From Thermoanaerobaculia bacterium (GTDB lineage Bacteria; Acidobacteriota; Thermoanaerobaculia; Gp7-AA8), in contig JAXDGL010000008.1 in assembly GCA_034665065.1 (NCBI GenBank), forward strand, positions 319,412 to 383,411: a DNA stretch of 64,000 nt, read 5' to 3'. This document shows, piece after piece, positions 57,126 through 64,000 of this stretch (positions are counted from its first letter, which is position 1; each line of letters begins with the position of its first letter). Position numbers and translations under genes: made by a program. A model generated the notes under the pieces. That model was given only the letters and a program-made list of their open reading frames with translations. It did not search any database and was not told the DNA's origin.

Positions 57126-57527
57126 TCTAAAACCCTCGCTCCCAAGTCGTCAGAACCCTAGTCTCCCTCGACGTCACCTGAGGCTCGGCGCTGCCTTCGC
57201 TGCGAGCGCTTAATCGCAAAATAACCTTCCGTTCGCCAAAACTTAATCCCCATGGTCCGCAAACGGCCTCACTATGACCGATGTGTGGTTGTGTGTCCAT
57301 TTTTATATAGTATTTTTGGAAACTAGTCCTTAAGTTCATTCTGATACTGCTGCCGTAATAACGCACGTATCTATATGAAAATAAAGGACTTGCACTTTTT
57401 AAACGAACTGCTACAGTGCCCTCCCCAAAGTCGACACGATCGGCTTAGGTCCAATCCAAATAACTCACGAAACCCCTGTAAAAGGTCATCGCGCCTGCAT
57501 CTGGCGCTACCCACAAAAGGAACCCGA

Positions 57528-60500
57528 ATGAAACGAGCTCTTCCCTTTCTTCTTTTGTCGCTTCTTCTCGTCGGATCGCTCGATGCCGCGCCAGGTCGCC
57601 GCCACAAGAAAGTGGCGCAGTCCGAGGTTACGGTGGAGGCGGAGGTGGAGGCAGGCAAGGCGCTTCGTGCCGCCGTTGGCGAGAGGGAGAGGAAGTCGAA
57701 TGAGGATACGGGTACCATCGTAGCCAAGCCGGTGCCGATTCCGTTTGGACCCCCGATTGAGCTGCAACTGAAGCGCGCTGACAGCCGCAAGTTCGATCTG
57801 CGCTCCCTCCCAAGGACGCAGCCGGTACAACAGGAGCGCGCGGAGCTTCCGGAGCCGGCGTTCCACCCTGTCACCGTCCAGGCGACTGGTGTTCCGCCGA
57901 CGGCCAATCTGCCCGCTGTGCCTCTTCCATCGGCTCCGGCGCCACCGCCGATCGCAGTCTACGAGGGGCTCGATCGTTTCAATTGGGGAGCCGGCAGTCC
58001 TCCCGATACGAATGGTGACGTCGGTCCGAACAACTACATTCAGACCGTCAACTCCTCGATTGGCGTGTACCGGAAGTCCGACGGCTTCCAGCAGGCGGCA
58101 TTCACGTTCAACACGTTCATGAGCCAGGGCAACTTCGGCAATCTGTGTGACACCAACAATTTCGGCGATCCGGTCGTCCTCTACGACACATTCGAAGACC
58201 GCTGGATCATCACGGACTTCGCGTTTGTGCTCGACGGCGGCGGCAATGTGGTCGCTCCTGCCTACCAATGTTTCGCTGCCTCGATGACTGGCGATCCGGT
58301 CGCCGGCGGGTGGAACTTCTACTCCATCCAGATCTCGGATGCTCTCAACGATTATCCGAAGTTGGGCATCTGGCCGGACGGTCTTTACATGTCCGCGAAC
58401 ATGTTCACCTTCGGCGCCGGCTCCGCGTTCACGAGCGCCCGCGCCTGGGCCTTCAACAAGGCGCAGATGTATGCCGGAAGCCCGACCGTGAAGGTGGTCT
58501 CCTTCAACATTCCCGGCGGCGATTTCACGGTCATCCCCAGCAACGCACGCTTGCAGACAGGCACGCCGCCACCCGGGCGTCCCAATCTGTTCACCTCCAG
58601 CTGGCTCTTTACGAACGCTCTGACCGTCTATCAGTTCCACGTTGACTGGAACAGCATTTCGCAGTCGACGTTCACGGGCCCGGATACACCCATTGCCGCT
58701 ACGAGCTGGCCGAACGCTGCCGTCGCGAACGCCGCGCAGCCGGGTACGGCTACGCTCCTCGATGTCCTTCAGATCCGCGCCATGGTGCAGAACCAGTACA
58801 CGAACTTCGGCGGCACCGAGTCGTTGTGGATCCCTCATACGGTTCGCCGAGGAAATACGAGTGGATTCGCTGCGCCGCGCTGGTACCAGGTGAACGTCAC
58901 CGGCGGCGCGGTCAACCCTGCTATCCCACAAGCGGCGACGTGGGATCCGGACAATGCCAACGTCGTCAATCGCTTCATGCCCAGTCTGGCGCTTGACCGG
59001 GCCGGGAACATGGCCATGGGCTACAGCACCTCGAGTGGGACGGTCTTTCCCTCGATCATGTATGCGGGCCGGCTGGCAGCCGATGCGGTCAATACCTTCA
59101 GCCAGACCGAGCAGACGTTCTTTACCGGCACCGCTTCACAAACAGGTACGACTCGATGGGGTGACTACAGCGCTATGACGCTCGACCCGGACGGTTGTAC
59201 GTTCTGGTACACGACCGAGTATGCAAATCCGGCGGACCAGACCTTTAATCATCGCTGGCTGACCAAGTTCGGCTCGATCGGAGCATTCCCCGGATGCACC
59301 CCGGTTGGAGCGGGTGGTACGGTTTCCGGTACGGTGACCGCCGCGGCCGGCGGCGCGCCAATCAGCGGCGTCACGGTGCAGTTGGGCGCGGGGCGTTCGA
59401 CGACCACTGACGGCTCGGGCAATTACTCGTTCACCAGCATTCCCGCGGGCACCTACCCGACGATAACCGCGAGCAAACCAGGATTCGTCTCAGGATCCGC
59501 GTCGTCGATCGTCGTCACTGACGCCGGCACCACGACGCAGAACTTTTCGCTGGCCGCTGCTGCGTCGAGCTCCTGCCTCACCGACACCACACAGTCCGAT
59601 TTCTTGACTGGCGTTACTTCCGCAACCGTCGACATCAACACATCTCCCGGCGACGTCACATTGTCCAATGCACCGACCTCTGACCAGGCGAACACCGCCG
59701 GCACGACAACCGGAACCGGCTTTGGCACCCCTGCCTGGACCGGTCAGACCTTCATCGCGGGAGTCAGCGGTCTACTCGTGAAAGCCGATGGCCAGCTCTT
59801 CTGCAACGGTTGCGGCGCGACACCTCCGGACCTCACGCTTTCCCTCCGCGCGACTTCGGCTGGTTTGCCGACAGGCGCTGATCTCGCCACCGCGACGGTC
59901 CTCGGTGCGCAGTTTGCCAGCGGTGCGTCCGTCCTCTTCACGGCGACCTTCGGCTCGCCGGTCTCGATCACTTCCGGAACGCAATACGCTCTGGTCCTGC
60001 GGCCGGTCTCCGCTCCGGCGGGCTCCGGCTATTTCTGGATTCGCTCTTCGCCGAGCACGTACACCAACGGTTCGCGTGTTCTGTCGGCCGACAGCGGCGG
60101 CACATGGTCCGCCGATACCACGCGCGATTACAACTTCAGAACGTACGTTCAGGTCGGCTATGCAGCAGCAGGCAACTTCGTGTCGTCTCCCAAGGATTCC
60201 AATCCGGGAGGCGGACTGACGCCGATCTGGTCGACGTTCTCATGGAACGGTTCCACTCCCGCGAATACATCGTTGCAGTTCCAGCTCGCCGGATCGAATA
60301 ACGTCAACGGACCGTTCAACTTCGTCGGACCGGACGGCACCGCGGGAACATTCTTCACGACCTCACCGGCGCAGCTCTCGCCCCAGTTCTACAACTTCCG
60401 GTTCCTCGAGTACAAGGCATTCCTTGCCACCACCGATCCCAACGTCACGCCCACGCTCAGCGACGCCACCACCTGCTTCAACGACGTCGATTGCAGCAGT

Positions 60501-62930
60501 ACGGCGGCTACGATCACGCCAACACCGGCAGCGGTCTGCACAAACTCGACCGGCAATACCGCCGCTGGTCCGGCTGGCATGATCTCTTACGCATGGGGCA
60601 TTGCCAACGGCACGATCACCTCCGCGACGAACATGCAGAGCATCACCTATACGGCCGGTGCGTCTGGTAGCGTCACGTTGAATCTCACCGTCACGGCAGC
60701 AAACGGATGCATCATCTCCGGCTCGACGCCGGTTACGATCAACCCTATACCGGCCACACCAACGATCACCGCGGGCGGGCCGACGGCATTCTGCAGCCCC
60801 GGCAGCGTCACGCTCACATCGAGCAGCGCTTCGGGTAACCAGTGGTACCTCAACGGAAACCCGATCGGCGGCGCCACGAACAACACCTATGTCGCCACCG
60901 CATCGGGTAACTACACGACCGTTGTCACAGCGCTCGGCTGCAGTAGCGCGGCCTCGAATTCCATCGCTGTGACCGTCAACCCGATCCCGGCCACGCCCAC
61001 GATCACTCCCGGAGGAGCGACGACGTTCTGCGCCGGCGGAAGCGTGACGCTGACGTCGAGCAGCGCAAGCGGCAATCAGTGGCTGCTCAACGGCAATCCG
61101 ATCGGCGGTGCCACGAACACGACGTACAACGCGACGGCCAGCGGCAACTACACGGTCACCGTGACGACGAGCGGCTGCACCAGCGCGCCATCATCGGCAA
61201 CGACCGTGACCGTGAACCCGATCCCGGCCACGCCCACGATCACTCCCGGAGGAGCGACGACGTTCTGCGCCGGCGGAAGCGTGACGCTGACGTCGAGCAG
61301 CGCAAGCGGCAATCAGTGGCGGCTCAACGGCAATCCGATCGGCGGTGCCACGAACACGACGTACAACGCGACGGCCAGCGGCAACTACACGGTCACCGTG
61401 ACGACGAGCGGCTGCACCAGCGCTCCGTCTTCGGTCACGACCGTGACGGTCAACCCGCTTCCGGCCACACCGACGATTACACCCGGAGGCCCGACGACGT
61501 TCTGCGCCGGTGGCAGCGTGACGCTGACCTCTAGTAGCGCGTCCGGCAATCAGTGGTATCTGAACGGCAACCCGATCGGCGGTGCCACGAATACAACGTA
61601 CTCCGCCACCGCCTCAGGCAGCTACAAGGTCGTCGTGACGGCAAGCGGATGCAGCAGCGCTCCATCGGCGGCCACGAATGTAACTGTCAATCCCAACCCC
61701 AACGCCACGATCACGGCGCCGGCCAGCGCGGCAACAGGGTCGACCGGCAACATCGCCTCCGTCGCCAACGCCGGAGTCGGCGCCACCTATAACTGGAGCA
61801 TCACCAACGGCACGATCACGGCGGGCACGGGCACCAACAGCATCACCTTCACTGCCGGCGCGGTGGGAACGTTGACGCTCAACGTCACCGTGACTACGAG
61901 CGCCGGTTGCAGCGACGCCAAATCGGCCAACGTCAACGTCGTCGTTCCACCCGTGACCGTAACCTCGGTGTCGCCGACCGGCGGCACGATCGCAGGCGGC
62001 TCGGCAGTGACGATCAACGGGACAGGCTTCGCCAGCGGTGCGAGTGTCACCTTCGGAGGAGCGACGGCGACGAATGTCGCTGTTGTCAGCGCCATCAAGA
62101 TCACGGCCAGGACTCCAGCCCACGCGCTTGGCGCCGTCAACGTGACGGTGACGAACGTCGATACGACGAGCGGCACGCTCGTCGCCGGCTATCTCTACAA
62201 GGCCCAGCAATTTGATCCGAACAACGACGGCACGATCACCTCGTCGGACATTTTCTATCTTGTGAACTACCTCTTCCTTGGCGGTCCCGCGCCGAGCGCT
62301 GCGGCGGGTGTGTTGTCAGGTGATGCGAACGGCGATGGAGTTGTCAACGCGTCCGATATTTTCTACCTCGTGAACTATCTCTTCCTCGGCGGCCCGCGGC
62401 CTAACGCGGTTCCGACTCTGACGCCTTCCGCTCTTTCGGCGGGCACGACGGAGACGGGCGCGATCGAGGGCTCGATCACGCTTGGCAAACCGTTGCAGCG
62501 CAACGGCCGCTACGTCGTCCCGGTCGTGATGTCGATCGTCCCGGGCTCGATCACCCCGCAGTCGATGGCGTTGCGCGTTCACTTCGACGGGGAAGGAAAC
62601 GTCGGTACTGTGTCCGTTCGTAAAGCAGGTGCGGCGAATGATCTTGCAGTGCCGTTTGAGATCGCGCGCAACGTGGACAACGATCTGTCTTACCTTGTTT
62701 CCTATGGCGGGCTGAATCTTGGACAAAGCCGTTCGGCGGTCGTCGCCGAAATCGAGATCGATTCGGTGGACGGAGCCGTAGGTCTCAGCATCGATCCGCA
62801 GTTGACAATGATCGGCGATCAAGCCGGCCAGGAATCGGCGACGGTTGCGAATGGAAAGCTTCAGGTCAAGGGCGCATCGATTGGCAAGACCCTCATGAAA
62901 CCGAATGCGCATGGAAACGAAGTGAATTAA
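57528..62930 (+). CDS. giant secreted multi-domain protein with Ig-like tandem repeats, a dockerin module and a C-terminal cohesin-like domain
   Basis: Signal peptide MKRALPFLLLSLLLVGSLDA. 5 near-identical ~80-aa repeats (PIPATPTITPGGATTFCAGGSVTLTSSSASGNQW.LNGNPIGGATNTTY.ATASGNYTVTVTTSGC). Dockerin duplicated segment DPNNDGTITSSDIFYLVNYLFLGG / DANGDGVVNASDIFYLVNYLFLGG. Confidence 0.8.
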   Translation: MKRALPFLLLSLLLVGSLDAAPGRRHKKVAQSEVTVEAEVEAGKALRAAVGERERKSNEDTGTIVAKPVPIPFGPPIELQLKRADSRKFDLRSLPRTQPVQQERAELPEPAFHPVTVQATGVPPTANLPAVPLPSAPAPPPIAVYEGLDRFNWGAGSPPDTNGDVGPNNYIQTVNSSIGVYRKSDGFQQAAFTFNTFMSQGNFGNLCDTNNFGDPVVLYDTFEDRWIITDFAFVLDGGGNVVAPAYQCFAASMTGDPVAGGWNFYSIQISDALNDYPKLGIWPDGLYMSANMFTFGAGSAFTSARAWAFNKAQMYAGSPTVKVVSFNIPGGDFTVIPSNARLQTGTPPPGRPNLFTSSWLFTNALTVYQFHVDWNSISQSTFTGPDTPIAATSWPNAAVANAAQPGTATLLDVLQIRAMVQNQYTNFGGTESLWIPHTVRRGNTSGFAAPRWYQVNVTGGAVNPAIPQAATWDPDNANVVNRFMPSLALDRAGNMAMGYSTSSGTVFPSIMYAGRLAADAVNTFSQTEQTFFTGTASQTGTTRWGDYSAMTLDPDGCTFWYTTEYANPADQTFNHRWLTKFGSIGAFPGCTPVGAGGTVSGTVTAAAGGAPISGVTVQLGAGRSTTTDGSGNYSFTSIPAGTYPTITASKPGFVSGSASSIVVTDAGTTTQNFSLAAAASSSCLTDTTQSDFLTGVTSATVDINTSPGDVTLSNAPTSDQANTAGTTTGTGFGTPAWTGQTFIAGVSGLLVKADGQLFCNGCGATPPDLTLSLRATSAGLPTGADLATATVLGAQFASGASVLFTATFGSPVSITSGTQYALVLRPVSAPAGSGYFWIRSSPSTYTNGSRVLSADSGGTWSADTTRDYNFRTYVQVGYAAAGNFVSSPKDSNPGGGLTPIWSTFSWNGSTPANTSLQFQLAGSNNVNGPFNFVGPDGTAGTFFTTSPAQLSPQFYNFRFLEYKAFLATTDPNVTPTLSDATTCFNDVDCSSTAATITPTPAAVCTNSTGNTAAGPAGMISYAWGIANGTITSATNMQSITYTAGASGSVTLNLTVTAANGCIISGSTPVTINPIPATPTITAGGPTAFCSPGSVTLTSSSASGNQWYLNGNPIGGATNNTYVATASGNYTTVVTALGCSSAASNSIAVTVNPIPATPTITPGGATTFCAGGSVTLTSSSASGNQWLLNGNPIGGATNTTYNATASGNYTVTVTTSGCTSAPSSATTVTVNPIPATPTITPGGATTFCAGGSVTLTSSSASGNQWRLNGNPIGGATNTTYNATASGNYTVTVTTSGCTSAPSSVTTVTVNPLPATPTITPGGPTTFCAGGSVTLTSSSASGNQWYLNGNPIGGATNTTYSATASGSYKVVVTASGCSSAPSAATNVTVNPNPNATITAPASAATGSTGNIASVANAGVGATYNWSITNGTITAGTGTNSITFTAGAVGTLTLNVTVTTSAGCSDAKSANVNVVVPPVTVTSVSPTGGTIAGGSAVTINGTGFASGASVTFGGATATNVAVVSAIKITARTPAHALGAVNVTVTNVDTTSGTLVAGYLYKAQQFDPNNDGTITSSDIFYLVNYLFLGGPAPSAAAGVLSGDANGDGVVNASDIFYLVNYLFLGGPRPNAVPTLTPSALSAGTTETGAIEGSITLGKPLQRNGRYVVPVVMSIVPGSITPQSMALRVHFDGEGNVGTVSVRKAGAANDLAVPFEIARNVDNDLSYLVSYGGLNLGQSRSAVVAEIEIDSVDGAVGLSIDPQLTMIGDQAGQESATVANGKLQVKGASIGKTLMKPNAHGNEVN

Positions 62931-62948
62931 GACGGCAAGAGGAAAGAA

Positions 62949-63629
62949 ATGAACGATCACGTCATTGCAATGAAGATTCGTCGTGCAGCCATCCTTGTCG
63001 CCGTGGCCGCTCTGCTATGCGCTCCTGCCGCATGGCCGGCGGTGCTCACACCCGATTCGGTCACGGTGGCAACCGTCAACGGCCCGCAGTACTCGCAGGT
63101 CGACGTGCCTGTGTACATTCGCGATCTCTCAGGAACTCCTCTGGGTCTGGACCAACCACCGGGGTCGCGCATCCAGGCATACAGCCTTACCGTGAACTAT
63201 TCGCCGGCGTCGGCGGTGCAATCGATCAGCTTTTCGAGAGCGGGCATTACGACGCCGCTGACACCAGCATTTGAAAGCAGTCCTTCCAGCGCTGGATCGA
63301 TCTCGCTGCTCGATTCTTTTCAGGAGTCGACCAATCCCATTCCGTTCACACTCAATGCAGCCGCACCGGGAAACCAGGTGGCTCATCTGCTGGTCACGCT
63401 CGCTCCTTCCGCTACGCCAGGCACGGTCATCACGCTGACGCTCGACCCCACGCTCACCCAGCTCTCTAACGACAGCGGCACGACGTCGGAGTCGACAACG
63501 GCGGCCACGCTCACTCTCGTCAATGGCGCGATCACGGTCGTCCCTTCGGTTCCGGCGATGTCGCACACCCTCCTTCTGTTGCTGGCTGTTTCTCTGGCAT
63601 TCATCGGATCGCGTATCATCCGCTTCTAG
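62949..63629 (+). CDS. cohesin-like protein with C-terminal hydrophobic anchor (PEP-CTERM-like tail)
   Basis: Signal peptide. VDVPVYIRDLSGTPLGLDQPPGSRIQAYSLTVNYSPASAV resembles the cohesin beta-sandwich start. C-terminal VPSVPAMSHTLLLLLAVSLAFIGSRIIRF. Confidence 0.6.
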   Translation: MNDHVIAMKIRRAAILVAVAALLCAPAAWPAVLTPDSVTVATVNGPQYSQVDVPVYIRDLSGTPLGLDQPPGSRIQAYSLTVNYSPASAVQSISFSRAGITTPLTPAFESSPSSAGSISLLDSFQESTNPIPFTLNAAAPGNQVAHLLVTLAPSATPGTVITLTLDPTLTQLSNDSGTTSESTTAATLTLVNGAITVVPSVPAMSHTLLLLLAVSLAFIGSRIIRF

Positions 63630-63708
63630 TCATCCCACTTTGCGTGTGCGGCCCGGATTCTCGTCCGTGCCGCACATCGTCGTATGTCACCAATTCCCAG
63701 GACACCTC

Positions 63709-64000
63709 ATGACCTCGAAGCAATCCCCCGCGGTGCTGTTGCTGTTGATTTTTCTGGTACTGATCACGGCGTTCGCTGCCTTGCCGGCATCAGCGCAGGA
63801 CGCGGTGACGATCGGCACGGTCACCGCGAGCGGCAACACGGTCGATGTTCCGGTCTACATCCGCGACGCTTCAGGCACGCCGTTGGGCCTCGATCAGCCG
63901 GCGGGGTCGCGTATCCAGTCGTTCAGCATCACGGTGAACTATTCTCCGTCGTCGGCGGTACAGGCGGTCAGTTTCTCGCGAGCGGGAATCACATCGTCGT
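63709..64000 (+). CDS. cohesin-like paralog (partial, runs off window)
   Basis: VDVPVYIRDASGTPLGLDQPAGSRIQSFSITVNYSPSSAVQAVSFSRAGIT is near-identical in motif to the 62949 gene. Confidence 0.6.
   Translation, partial: MTSKQSPAVLLLLIFLVLITAFAALPASAQDAVTIGTVTASGNTVDVPVYIRDASGTPLGLDQPAGSRIQSFSITVNYSPSSAVQAVSFSRAGITSS

Noticed and set aside
57507-58931. 474-aa minus-strand ORF
   Set aside because: Antisense to the N-terminus of the giant dockerin protein.

Overview
This is a high-GC (about 65-70%) bacterial chromosomal segment. The gene content (many TonB-dependent receptors, large TPR proteins, M14 peptidases, amidohydrolases, dockerin/cohesin proteins) suggests a soil bacterium, possibly an Acidobacteriota-like organism, but this is a low-confidence guess. 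Housekeeping and metabolic genes are folE, a long acyl-CoA dehydrogenase, purS/purQ, a PoxB-like TPP enzyme, an aldehyde:ferredoxin oxidoreductase with moaD/moeA, a B12 riboswitch in front of btuB, a trio of amidohydrolases, two two-component systems, and an ECF sigma/anti-sigma pair. Accessory content is: (1) a translationally coupled ABC-type ATPase plus TOPRIM-like (DUF4276-type) pair resembling split OLD/PARIS/AbiL defence modules; (2) a bufferin-like RiPP operon (Cys-rich secreted precursor, DUF692/MNIO, DUF2063, DoxX) beside MerC-like, TonB-receptor and PadR genes; (3) a 5.9-kb lower-GC island bounded by ~100-bp imperfect inverted repeats, carrying divergent XRE regulators, a DUF4365-like gene pair, a tRNA with an odd anticodon, and an IS1-family transposase with a single in-frame TAG; (4) a tRNA-Sec gene; (5) a giant dockerin-bearing secreted protein followed by cohesin-like anchored paralogs; (6) vapBC. 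The window is unusually rich in palindromic repeats: at least five families (two MITE-like families of 150-190 bp, a 'CTCCGCGTCTCCGCGTGAAA' hairpin, an 'ATCTGCG' hairpin, and hairpins built from inverted arrays of tandem 7-8-mers). Several copies sit in-frame inside protein-coding genes (AOR, the MNIO enzyme, the M14 peptidase). In-window coordinates (repeat boundaries, starts off the ORF track) are approximate, roughly +/-3 bp. Many long ORFs on the strand opposite real genes are Arg/Ala-rich GC artefacts and were rejected.
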